Shown here one piece after another: positions 53,401 to 63,399 of a stretch of 64,000 bases of DNA. The notes under the pieces are model-generated. The model was given only the letters and a program-made list of their open reading frames with translations, was not told where the DNA came from and did not search any database. A program made the translations under genes and the position numbers. Numbering within the stretch: the first letter of the stretch is position 1; the number at the start of each line of letters is the position of its first letter. The stretch comes from a virus: IMG/VR virus record IMGVR_UViG_3300037189_022865, positions 26,597 to 90,596 of that record; one strand, 5' to 3'.

Positions 53401-54710
53401 CTAGCTCCATCTGTAGTAACACCGTTCGTTCCTATTAACGGATTAGAACCAGTAATAGTTATATTAGCAGGTCTACCGGGAATGTGAAATACTGGAGATT
53501 CCGTTCCATCTCTAAAAACGTATACTATTCCTAAAGAATAAACTTCATCTTCCATTAAAGAGCCTTCGTCAAAGTAATAAACACCTTGCCTAGTTTTATT
53601 ATCTACTTCATCATATCCTGAAAGAGGTTTATAAAACTCTGTTTTTATCTTAGAAGCGTATCTTTGATACTTTGAGTAATCTCTATAATCTCCAGAAGTA
53701 TTTGCTAAAAACAGTCTATTAGTTTCAAACGTATGAGCTAATACCTTTTTAATCTTTATCTTGTCATTTAGTATATCATCTAACGCTGATTGATAAACAA
53801 CATCATTTGGATTACCAGTGTAAACAAAACTTTCTGTAGAACCATTCCAAGGCTGTGGTTGAAGAACATCTACAGCTGAGATATTACCTTCATCTGTTGT
53901 TCTTTTAATAACTGCTATTTGGTAGTAGTCAAATATATTATCAGTAGAACTTACTGTAAACTTTATTTGCTTTTGCTGAGGCTTAACGTAATAATCAGAG
54001 TTAATATCGTTTGAACCACCATCGTACATATTAACAGTACTATCGTCATCTAAGTAAGATTAAGTACCGTTTCCTATAACCACAGGTCTGGTAACATTTG
54101 TCCAGTTAGTGGAGTTATTATACTTATCTAAAAACCTAACTGCAAAGTAATACACACCTACTTCTAAAGCTCCAGCACTATTAGATTCTATAGCATCTAA
54201 AGTAATGTTAGGAATTGTATAATCTCTAGAGAATTCTATCTTTGGGCAAATTAAAGCCCCGTCTCCTAAATACTGGAATACATCAGTTATATTCATTACT
54301 CGATAATCATTGTAGTTATCTGTAAAGTATATATAACCATCACATCCGTTTCTTACTTTATATAAAGCGTTTATAGGATATTTATCAGAAAAGTTTAAGC
54401 AAGAAGCAATTACTATACTGGTGTATTGACAGTTAGAACCTGAATACTTTCCTATTTCATGTTGTCCTGCAGGATCGTATAAGAACACTATAACCTCATC
54501 AGTTTCAGTTAAAGCGTGTCCAATTACTTTTTTATTTACTGGAAAGTTTATACTGCAAGCAGAATTTCCAGCTTCGTTTGATATGGAAGGAAGTTCTCCA
54601 TCTTTAGTTTCTAATACAGCATTTAAGGCGAATCGGTAAGTTCCCTCTTCTTGAAACTTTGGATGAAGATCCGTATTTATACCTTTTGTAAATGTATTAG
54701 AATCCGACAT
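50457..54710 (-). CDS. Tail stabilisation/nozzle (muzzle) protein; TGA=Trp at 52868 and an in-frame TAA at 54062
   Basis: Three track ORFs in one frame; FTKGINTD..YRFALNA, EDEVYSLGIVYVF..SPVFHIPG, FTLSYS..WVSFHSYIP resemble crAss-like tail stabilisation proteins. Confidence 0.75.
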
Positions 54711-55398
54711 TTTCTTGATTGTTTAATGTTTGGAAAAGCTGTGAGTATCTATTACTTCTTGGAACTAAATGGTTATTGATATTCTTTATATTCTCAAGAC
54801 CATCTATTGTGGGAAGATTAAGATTCATAGACTTCTTAGATAATGTAGACCACATCTTTAAGTGAAATTGCATTCTACTTTCAGATCCTTCTTCCTTCAT
54901 CATGTACTTAGTCATCCAGTATTTATAAAGAACATAGTGTGTAAGAGCTTCTTTTAAAGTCTCATCATCAGGAATTAATAGATCCCCGTTCTCATCTACT
55001 GGATTAGCTAGATATGAAATAACAATAGTTCCTGTGCCCATGTTGGTAGTAACTACTCCAGAAGGAGATATAGAATACTCGTATTTACAAGTTGGACAAG
55101 GAACTAGCAATTTAAGATCACAAACACCATTATGGTAGGGGTTTGTTGTGGCACGCATTGGGTAGTATTTATTATCTATTTCTACTACTATTTGCGTTAT
55201 ATATTTTAAGTCGTTTGGTAGTGTGGTTTTATGTTCTTCAACTTCAAGTTTAGCGGTCTTCTGCTCAAACTTATTCTCTAAATTCATTTGTAAAAATCCT
55301 TTAGCGATATGCTCAAGCATTGTTGCTTCATCTCAATACTTTTCATCGAGTATCATTGCCAAACTAGCCAAGACTGATTTAATTGAAATAGTTTTCAT
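54697..55398 (-). CDS. Tail tubular/ring protein (TGA=Trp at 55335)
   Basis: ATG 55398 in frame; ISYLANPVDENGDLLIPDD motif; position before the nozzle gene. Confidence 0.7.
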
Positions 55399-55819
55399 TT
55401 TCTTCTCTATATTTATAAATATACCCTTCGTGCTTGATTAGTTGAGCTAGCTGTCTAGCTTTTTGTCTTTGTAGTTTAAACTTAAAAGTTCTTTTTAAAA
55501 AGAGTGGGGGGTTATTTCTAATCCATAAACTTTTAACAGTGTATCCTTCTGAATGATGGTTTCTATATTCATGTACAGATTGCGTATCATTAAAAGAAGT
55601 ATAGTCTACTTGTTTTCTTTTTTGTTGTCTTTTTATTAAACCAAGTACTCCTGCAGCAAAAGGAAACTTAAATACTTTTCCCTCAAATATTGCATTACAT
55701 AATAGGTTATGAAAAACTTTTAAAATCAGTCTAAATTCAGCAGCGGTAACTAAATCTTTATTTGGGTATTCATCGTATAAACTACGCCAGTTGGCCAGAT
55801 ACTTGATCGTCTTGGGCAT
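55379..55819 (-). CDS. IHF/HU-like DNA-binding protein of crAss-like phages
   Basis: Basic protein, EGKVFKFPFAAGVLGL..NHHSEGY..W..FKF; position among tail ring genes. Confidence 0.6.
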   Translation of the reverse strand: MPKTIKYLANWRSLYDEYPNKDLVTAAEFRLILKVFHNLLCNAIFEGKVFKFPFAAGVLGLIKRQQKRKQVDYTSFNDTQSVHEYRNHHSEGYTVKSLWIRNNPPLFLKRTFKFKLQRQKARQLAQLIKHEGYIYKYREENENYFN

Positions 55820-56489
55820 TATTCTCTCTATCTTTTGGTGGAAGTGAAATCGAAAATCTAATCAAATCTAAAGTCTTTCTGTAAACACCCTCTACCAAAT
55901 CTGGCTCAATTGGATATTCGTTATCAAATATATCTGAGCAAGTTGTAGAGGAAGTAGAAGTGCCGTTAGTAGAGTTACTACAATTAAGCTTATCTATTTC
56001 TGAGGGGTTTTCAAATAAAGAGTTTAGCAAAACTACTTCTAAATCAGTATTATTAATAATATACAAGTAATCGTTAAGTATAAACCAACCGGGCTTATCT
56101 GCTTTATTAGTAATAGAGTATTTAGAAAGTTTGTTTTTTAGTATGGATGTTTTCGGGATTACTTCACCGTTTAGAGTGGTTACTTTAATAAAGTCCCCAG
56201 AACGAGTGGTAAGGAATTTTGGTATTTTAATTTTGGATTTTAGCAGGGTACATCCTGCATTTGGGTAATCGCAACAGTTTGCGATAGAACCTTTTTCTAG
56301 TGGTACACAAAGTGTTTGAAAGCTTTGCTCAGATAAATATCTATACCGATCTGACTTTTGTTCTGTCAGGATAGCTCTTGATACATTAAGGAAATGAGCT
56401 ATTAATCTCAATGAGTATTGACTGTCATCTGATGCCACTCCTTTAGACAAAAGGTTGCGAATTGCATATGTATGTTCTAGTAGAGTCAT
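55782..56489 (-). CDS. Tail ring/structural protein
   Basis: QTLCVPLE..FILNDYLYI..LFENP..YPI motifs; synteny. Confidence 0.6.
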   Translation of the reverse strand: MTLLEHTYAIRNLLSKGVASDDSQYSLRLIAHFLNVSRAILTEQKSDRYRYLSEQSFQTLCVPLEKGSIANCCDYPNAGCTLLKSKIKIPKFLTTRSGDFIKVTTLNGEVIPKTSILKNKLSKYSITNKADKPGWFILNDYLYIINNTDLEVVLLNSLFENPSEIDKLNCSNSTNGTSTSSTTCSDIFDNEYPIEPDLVEGVYRKTLDLIRFSISLPPKDRENNAQDDQVSGQLA

Positions 56490-56494
56490 GGCAG

Positions 56495-56502
56495 TAAAAT
56501 TA
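56495..56502 (-). promoter_or_regulatory. Possible Bacteroidota -7 element (TAATTTTA) 5 nt before ATG
   Basis: Same geometry as the 9798 element, but a variant sequence and no clear -33. Confidence 0.3.
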
Positions 56503-56541
56503 CAAAATATTTGTATGCACTCGCATCTTTAAAATAAGAGG

Positions 56542-56976
56542 TTAGTTACTCTGTACAATAGATATAAATACCTTTTCTTTCTTTAATGCGTCTTGTATAA
56601 TTTTAATTAATTTACTAGTAGTACTTCTGGAATTTATGACCTTATTTCCTGACTTTTGTCCGGGAAGTAAACAGCCTGAAGAATCAGCTTCTGTATTTCC
56701 AGCATGGATTCTAATGCCTTCATACCCAGGCACATTTGTAAGTAGGGGTAATAACATTTTAAATCTTTCAGAAAAAGACATAACCACTTCATATCTTCCG
56801 TATGGTATTGCTGTTTCGTGTTTTACTTTCTTTGCTTTAACTTCTTCTACATTAGATTGGTGTAGGTTTCTGTCTCTGTCTTCCATTACATTTGAAAAGA
56901 AAACATTATTTACATAAAGATCAGAAATAGTGTACGGTGTATCCGCAATTTTAGGTCTAATTACTTTTATTTCCAT
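56542..56976 (-). CDS. DUF5675-family protein, putative lysin
   Basis: TAIPYGRY..VPGYEGIRIHAGNT..DSSGCLLPG; start revised to ATG 56976, downstream of the terminator. Confidence 0.75.
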   Translation of the reverse strand: MEIKVIRPKIADTPYTISDLYVNNVFFSNVMEDRDRNLHQSNVEEVKAKKVKHETAIPYGRYEVVMSFSERFKMLLPLLTNVPGYEGIRIHAGNTEADSSGCLLPGQKSGNKVINSRSTTSKLIKIIQDALKKEKVFISIVQSN

Positions 56977-56989
56977 AGCGTTTAAAATT

Positions 56990-57027
56990 AAAAAGGCCCG
57001 AAGGACACTGTGGTCTCTCCGAGCCTT
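56990..57027 (-). terminator. Intrinsic terminator
   Basis: Minus-strand AAGGCTCGGAGAGAC / GTCCTTCGGGCCTT stem followed by TTT. Confidence 0.75.
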
Positions 57028-57031
57028 GTTA

Positions 57032-58417
57032 TTATATTTCAATAGTTTTTTCTAAAACACATCCAGTATTAACTAATGTGAGTTTTGCTGTATATGTTCC
57101 TTGTACAGGGTTTGTTAGCGTAACAGATCCAGAACCAACTAAAGTTCCAGAAGGACTATACCAGCTAACAGAGTTAGTATAAGTGCTATTAACTGTGGGT
57201 ATTAAAGTGGTTTTGTAACAAGATAATATATTCTCTGTAAGTAGATTTTCATTCGTGGTAAAGACATCGTCTACTTTAGAGCTGTATTGTTGGGTTGGTT
57301 GCTGAAGAGTAATTTTATTCAAATCAGTTTCCCAATAATTAACATAAGGAGTTATGTAACCTTCTACTACAACATTAGATGTTTGAGCACAATTGTTAGT
57401 AAACGCATGAGAATCATATACTTTTGTAGAAGAGTGTCTCATATAAGTTGTGTGCCAAAGATCTTTATAGTAATCTCCGGGGAAAACTAACCTTACACTA
57501 CTTAAATCGTAAGGACTGTTTTGTGCCCAAGCTACAGATCTTAATCCCCACCAACTTGAAGTTGGGTTATGTTTAAATACAGTTTTAATGTACAAAACAT
57601 CTCCTACAACAGATACATCAAGTTTTATATTTAATTGGTTATTAAATCCTACAGAAGAACTATCAATTGCCCAAACAAAGTTCTCTATTTGCTTTTTTAA
57701 AGCGCTAGCTAAATTTGGACTACTTAAAAGTAGGTCTGCAGGAAGAGCAGCTGTACTACCAGGTCTAGCTGGCCATATGTTACTTGGAGAAATATCTACA
57801 TCTTGGTATTGAAGCGGTCCACCAAAAGCAGTTCCAGTAGCAGTTCCAACATTCCAAAGCCTAATAGATTGTATTGCCCAAGAACTTGTAGCACTATAGA
57901 AGTTGGATAATGGTGCACTTTGCAGTATACAATAAACTTCTGTTTTGTAAATATCCGAGCATACAGAAACACCATTAACTAATTTGCAACCACCAGCTAT
58001 CGAGTAACTATCCAAAACTTCACCATATCCATTTGATATAACAACATTGGCGGTAGAACTTAAAAGAGTAGAATTGTTATTAGTGTTAAAAACAAATTTA
58101 TTAGAGTAGTCATATTCGTTTTCTAAAATTACTGAATAATCTCCTCCAACATTTATTTGCTTTATACTCCAATCTGCCATCTCTTCACAAGTAGGATCTT
58201 GAGTACAATCTACTATAGTAACATTAAGATGATCTAACTGACAGATAAGATCATAATCAAGATCGCATCCAGATTCAGCAAGTTTCTTAAGATAAAACGC
58301 TTCTACTACTTTAGTTGAACAGCAATCTATATTGTATTTTTTACAGTTGTTATAGGCTACCAGCTCATTTACAAAGTTACACTGTGCAGCAGCAATTTGA
58401 GCAGGTGTTGGTGTCAT
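57032..58417 (-). CDS. Putative structural protein with Cys-rich N-terminus
   Basis: 461 aa; beta-rich, Ig-like C-terminus. Confidence 0.65.
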   Translation of the reverse strand: MTPTPAQIAAAQCNFVNELVAYNNCKKYNIDCCSTKVVEAFYLKKLAESGCDLDYDLICQLDHLNVTIVDCTQDPTCEEMADWSIKQINVGGDYSVILENEYDYSNKFVFNTNNNSTLLSSTANVVISNGYGEVLDSYSIAGGCKLVNGVSVCSDIYKTEVYCILQSAPLSNFYSATSSWAIQSIRLWNVGTATGTAFGGPLQYQDVDISPSNIWPARPGSTAALPADLLLSSPNLASALKKQIENFVWAIDSSSVGFNNQLNIKLDVSVVGDVLYIKTVFKHNPTSSWWGLRSVAWAQNSPYDLSSVRLVFPGDYYKDLWHTTYMRHSSTKVYDSHAFTNNCAQTSNVVVEGYITPYVNYWETDLNKITLQQPTQQYSSKVDDVFTTNENLLTENILSCYKTTLIPTVNSTYTNSVSWYSPSGTLVGSGSVTLTNPVQGTYTAKLTLVNTGCVLEKTIEI

Positions 58418-58835
58418 TTTCTTGTAGGTCGTTAAAGAGTGTTTCTAAAGTAGAGCAGTTGCAACTAACGCAATCTTGTCCTACCTTCAGAGCTTCGTAA
58501 GTAAGTACTTTATCTAAGTTCTTAGATGTATACCATGAAATCATATCGTCTGAGCACTTAGTGCTACAAAGACTTACCGCACAACCTCTATCTTCTTTAA
58601 CAGCACCGCCTAGTAGTGTGTTCCTAAAAAATATAGTATAAACACCATCTGTAAAAGTACCTGTCATGCCCACGTGCGTAGGAAGTATGTTAAAGGTAGA
58701 TATGTTAGTTGGTACGGTAACAGTGTGCTCAGTTCCTTTATAAATAACTTTTAATGTATTGGCTACATTTGTAATTAAAAGAATATCTGAGGTTACTGTT
58801 ATTTGTGAACAAGTACTGTTTAAAGTTATATTCAT
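58377..58835 (-). CDS. Putative structural protein
   Basis: FTDGVYTI motif and Cys-rich C-terminus. Confidence 0.6.
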   Translation of the reverse strand: MNITLNSTCSQITVTSDILLITNVANTLKVIYKGTEHTVTVPTNISTFNILPTHVGMTGTFTDGVYTIFFRNTLLGGAVKEDRGCAVSLCSTKCSDDMISWYTSKNLDKVLTYEALKVGQDCVSCNCSTLETLFNDLQENDTNTCSNCCCTV

Positions 58836-58836
58836 A

Positions 58837-59520
58837 TTAAATTATGTAATCGCTTATAGGCTTACCAAACAACTTAATTGTTTTAGCCCAAACTATTCCA
58901 TCTTCAGTAAGAGATCCGTCATTGTTAAAGTACTGGAGAACATCTGAATATTTGTTCACATACTCATAAACTGGTTGAGGTCTTACCAAAGAGTTTATTT
59001 CATTTTGTTTATTAGTAATCTCGTTGTTTTTGTAAACAATGCTATCTTCAACAATTGCTATTTCAGTATTCTTTTCAGTTATTTGTTGAAGCAGTGCAGT
59101 AGCTTCAGGAGTAGTTTTATCTTCTAATGCATCATATTGAGCTTGTAAAGCATTTACTTCATCTTGCAATAATACCTTTTGATTCTGAAGTCCAGTAAGC
59201 TCATCATTAAGAATAGCTAACTCATTAGTAAGTGTCTGCAAAGTTACTTCATATTGATTAATCTCATCTTGATTAATAACTACATCTGTTGGAAATCCTT
59301 GATCTGTAATAAGCCAAGTGTAAACATCCCATACAATACGTTGTGTAGCAAGATCAACTGTACTAACATTTACAGTCATTGTCTTTTCTCTAGGATTTGG
59401 TTTGATACTGTAAGTAAGTCCAAATACATCTTTTGAGAATTTCAAATAAGCTCCTGCTGGAAAATAAGATACGGAGGGCATTTCAAAATCCTCCTTAAAG
59501 TTAAATGTATATTCTGTCAT
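58837..59520 (-). CDS. Coiled-coil hypothetical protein
   Basis: Central heptad-rich segment of about 95 aa. Confidence 0.7.
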   Translation of the reverse strand: MTEYTFNFKEDFEMPSVSYFPAGAYLKFSKDVFGLTYSIKPNPREKTMTVNVSTVDLATQRIVWDVYTWLITDQGFPTDVVINQDEINQYEVTLQTLTNELAILNDELTGLQNQKVLLQDEVNALQAQYDALEDKTTPEATALLQQITEKNTEIAIVEDSIVYKNNEITNKQNEINSLVRPQPVYEYVNKYSDVLQYFNNDGSLTEDGIVWAKTIKLFGKPISDYII

Positions 59521-59535
59521 TTTGTTTAATTTTTG

Positions 59536-60222
59536 TTATAATCCAAATCTTGATTTTGTTGCGTTGTAATTTTGGAGGACTTCTGCGTCGGATAATGCGC
59601 GGTTGTAAAATAATGTTGTAAAAATTTTTCCACTAAAAAATTCTAAAGATTGTGCAGTACTTCCTACGTAAGCGTAAGTAGCTGAATTAAGGTTTCCAGT
59701 TTTAGAAGTACTTGTGCCAATACTACTTCCATTTACATACATTGATGTCACCGAACCATTGTAAGTTATTGTTAAATTATATGTTAGGTTGTTTGTTAGG
59801 CCGCCTAAATTTATAGCTGTTCCATTATAATTAATTCTTAAAGCAGCTGGCGCACTACCCAAAGTACCTATAAAAATTTTATATGGAGTTATTGATTGCC
59901 CAACAGCATTACCAATAAAAAAGAAACATCTATTTAAAGAATAGGCAGCATTAACCCAAGCAGACCATGTAAATGTATTTACATTTAAAGCATTTGATTG
60001 GACAATATTTACACTATCATTAGTCCCATCAAAAACAATACTCCCTCCATTTCCACTATCAAATGTTGGTCCATTAGTCAAAGTACCATTATTTCCATTA
60101 CCACTAAGGTCAGTCCAAACAGTTCCAGTACCGGGGTAAGATCTTTTCTGAGCAGCATCTAAATGTAAAACTAATCCATTAGTTATAATCTTGGGTGCGC
60201 TATCTATAATTCCTATATTCAT
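59536..60222 (-). CDS. LamG / concanavalin-A-like lectin domain protein
   Basis: GLVLHLDAA..SYPGTGTVWTDLSGNGN..FDGTND..YNRALSDAEVLQNY. Confidence 0.85.
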   Translation of the reverse strand: MNIGIIDSAPKIITNGLVLHLDAAQKRSYPGTGTVWTDLSGNGNNGTLTNGPTFDSGNGGSIVFDGTNDSVNIVQSNALNVNTFTWSAWVNAAYSLNRCFFFIGNAVGQSITPYKIFIGTLGSAPAALRINYNGTAINLGGLTNNLTYNLTITYNGSVTSMYVNGSSIGTSTSKTGNLNSATYAYVGSTAQSLEFFSGKIFTTLFYNRALSDAEVLQNYNATKSRFGL

Positions 60223-60226
60223 AATT

Positions 60227-61627
60227 TTAAGCGTTTAAGTTTCCAAATAGATACCACGTATTAGCATCTTTTTTAACTAATGTAACAGCACCATATTGAG
60301 TATTAATTTTAGTCCAACCATTTGCACTTTGTATTACAACAGTTCCATTGACAGGCGTAATAGTTGTTTGACCAGCATTTGCTTGTATGATAGTAATATT
60401 AGTACCTATTGGAAAGTTAGCTGTAGTATTTTCTGGAACAGTTAATGTGTTAGTAGTAGCTACATTCATCTCTACTATTTTATTAGCATCGGATAAAGCT
60501 AAAGTATAAGAAGCTGTTTTAACGTTTATTTCATTTATTAAGTTTCCTGTTATTGCACCATCATTTTTAATTCTAAACAATTCCGCAGAATCACTATTTT
60601 GTACCAAAACTGCACTAGTAGTACTTGAATTACCAGAACCTCTTACGTGTAAACGTGCGGTTGCGGCAACAACCCCGATAGAGAAATTACCATCGGAATT
60701 TATTCTCGCCCTTTCTGATTGCGCTCCACTTTTAAAAGTTGAGAACACAATTGCGCCTGAATTATCAACTCCATCGCGAGCAGCGCCAAAAGACGCTATG
60801 TCGTTTACTGTTGATCCAGACTTTATCTGAAATGAAAAAGATGGCCCTGCTCCATCACTGGGACTTGATGAATAAGATGCCCTTAATATGGCAGATCCAG
60901 CCAAAGAGGTTGTAAATGATGGGCTTCTCTCTAAAATAGCAACATCAGAAAAGTTTGAATAAGTCACATGGATTCTTCCTTCTGGAGTAGCAGTACCAAT
61001 ACCAACTTTACCATCATCACGAATCATTAATGTATTGCTATTTCCAGCTGAGTTTTGAAATTGGGCTGTCCATGTTGTAGATGTTGACCCGGCGCTCAAA
61101 ACCATTAAACGAGCATTTGATGTCGGTGATCCAATTAGTACGTTGCCATCTTGATTTATTCGCATTCTCTCCAATCGAGAAATCGTGCCATTTGCAACTG
61201 TTTCAAAAGTTAAATAAGATCCAGCGGCAGTTTGCGACCAGTTCTCTGATGCAAATCCGGCTATCAATGCTGAAAAGTTGCTCGTGCTTGATGCCCTAAG
61301 CCCTGCAAATAAAAATCCGCCAAGCCTTAAATTTGTAGTTGCGGTTATTCCAGCATTTTCAAGTGCGGCGAAAGCGCCATCTGTAATGCCCGTATTTGTA
61401 CCTCTAAAAAAAATAGCACCAGATGTCGAGGCTCCGTTATTTAATCCAGATATAGGTGCTGATGGTGTTGATGTTCCAACGCCAAGTCTTGAATTTGTAT
61501 TATCCCAAAATAAATTACTGCTCGCTCCAAATGCCCCGGCATTATTAAACTGCACTTCGCCAGCCGCCCCCGACCCGGAAATGCCCCCGCCCGATGACGA
61601 GGTGAAGTATGTGGTTATTTGTGCCAT
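60227..61627 (-). CDS. Tail fibre protein
   Basis: ERMRI..GNVLIG and GIGTATP repeats; C-terminal YTLALSD..FPIGT..WYLFGNL domain. Confidence 0.8.
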   Translation of the reverse strand: MAQITTYFTSSSGGGISGSGAAGEVQFNNAGAFGASSNLFWDNTNSRLGVGTSTPSAPISGLNNGASTSGAIFFRGTNTGITDGAFAALENAGITATTNLRLGGFLFAGLRASSTSNFSALIAGFASENWSQTAAGSYLTFETVANGTISRLERMRINQDGNVLIGSPTSNARLMVLSAGSTSTTWTAQFQNSAGNSNTLMIRDDGKVGIGTATPEGRIHVTYSNFSDVAILERSPSFTTSLAGSAILRASYSSSPSDGAGPSFSFQIKSGSTVNDIASFGAARDGVDNSGAIVFSTFKSGAQSERARINSDGNFSIGVVAATARLHVRGSGNSSTTSAVLVQNSDSAELFRIKNDGAITGNLINEINVKTASYTLALSDANKIVEMNVATTNTLTVPENTTANFPIGTNITIIQANAGQTTITPVNGTVVIQSANGWTKINTQYGAVTLVKKDANTWYLFGNLNA

Positions 61628-63399
61628 TTGAATTAGTTTTAGTTTATGATGAAAAAGCCGACCGACGTTTCAGCAGTCGCGGCGGAGCCCAGATTGATTG
61701 TGAAAGAGCCAGCGCCCGGAACTACGTTCTTTATGTATGCCGTTGTGTCGTTTGTGCGCACAGTCGCGAACACGATAGATGAAGTTGTACATAGTGCGTT
61801 AGTAACAGTTAGCTCCGAGGCCGCAGCCGCAAAGTTTACCGTTCCTGATGGCCTGTCTATTGTTACGGCTCCTGTTGTACCGGCGGGGGTATTGGTAGCA
61901 AAAAAATTGACCTTTGTATTATCCAGGATTTTTATTATTTCATTACCAGCGCTATTTCTAACAAGAAGTGCATTTGTTCCGGCCGTAGAACCCGATGATG
62001 TAACCCTAAGGCCGCCGGCGGTTGCCCCTGCGCTTTGAATGTCAAGCCTGTAATTTGTATCTGTTGGCGGATTGGTAGAGCCGGATATTAGCAGGTTTCT
62101 GGAGCTAAAATAGATAAGTCCATATGATGCTGCGTCATATTCAAGATTAAAGAATGTTCCATGATTGATAAGGTTAAGCCTGTTTAATCCGGTTGACCCG
62201 GTTCTGATAATTATACCTGGATTTCCTCCTGGAGTTTCATAGGCCACCGATCCGATAATCGTTGATGGAAGCGTACCAACATACCATGTCTGCTTTCCGG
62301 TTCTCTCAAGCCTTGTCCTTAATACGGAGTTATGCGTTACGTCAAGTAAATTTGATGTATTTGATAATGGAGTTTTTATATCAATATTTGCCGCTGGGAC
62401 TGATGTACTAACTCCAAGCCTTGCGTTGGCATTATCCCAAAATAAATTTGAACTTGCCCCAAATGCCCCCGCATTGTTAAACTGAACTTCGCCAGTAGAA
62501 CCAGCAGGTGTTCCACCGCCTCCACCACCAGAACCAAAGTCTACCCAAGTAGCGGCAGGAGTTTTACCTTGAAACGTACCTGTAGTAGGATTATATATAA
62601 TAATACCAGAAGAAGGGGATATCATAGCATCTCTATCGGTAGTATTAACAGCGGGTAACAACAAACCTTTAGTTGTACTATTAAGAGATAGAATAGCATT
62701 AGCATTAATAGAGTTAGTACCTATAGCAGTAGAACTTGTTGTATAAACACCAGTATTATCTACTGTCAATGTTTTAAGACCATCTAGACTTCCTAATACA
62801 CTATAACCACTATTGCTTACAAGTAAACCAGAATTAGTATTAGAATAATTTATAGCAATATTTTGTGAACCACTTAATTGTGCTTGGCCAGCGGTTATCT
62901 TGTTAAACGGTAATGTACTTACATCAAGTGTTCCAGTACTAGATAACGTTAAAGAAGATACTGTTAATGAAACTTTAAATAAATCCCCTTCATTTGTTAT
63001 TCCTAAAATACCACTTGCTGTAGTTGTAGTTGTGGGTATATTAGCTATTTTTAAAGTTCCATTTACAGTAACTATTGAACTAGTTAAAACAGTTGAGCTT
63101 GATGAAACAGCTAATCTATTTGCTATTTTTAAAGGTGTGTTTATATAATTATTATTAGCATAACTATTAAAATTTAGTTCACTAAGAAGATTATAACTAG
63201 TACCACCACCACCAAGAGATCCTTTTAGAGTATATTGTGTAATATTATATTGTCCTGTAGCATCTATATCAGTTGCTTTAAGTGACAAACTTGGGCTTGC
63301 ATTTCCAACAGGCGTAATTAAATTTAATGTTTGATTTAAATTATCCCAAGTAAAGTTAGAAGAAGCTCCTAAAGATCCACTGTTATTGTATTGTACTTC
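61499..63399 (-). repeat. Dispersed repeat of about 63 nt (61499-61561, 62431-62493, diverged 63340-63399)
   Basis: Encodes GEVQFNNAGAFGASSNLFWDN twice and TEVQYNNSGSLGASSNFTWDN once. Confidence 0.85.

Noticed and set aside
4914-55398. Fragmented ORFs as pseudogenes of a decaying prophage
   Set aside because: Breaks are in frame and almost all TGA, catalytic motifs are intact, and no random frameshifts are seen
2234-55784. TAG reassignment (code 15)
   Set aside because: TAG occurs at plausible gene ends (2236, 3040, 10439, 12214, 15504, 21914, 55782), and I found no gene interrupted by it
22775-63148. Short plus-strand ORFs opposite the large minus-strand genes, and minus-strand ORFs in 1-22.6 kb
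   Set aside because: Antisense shadows with no motifs or initiation signals
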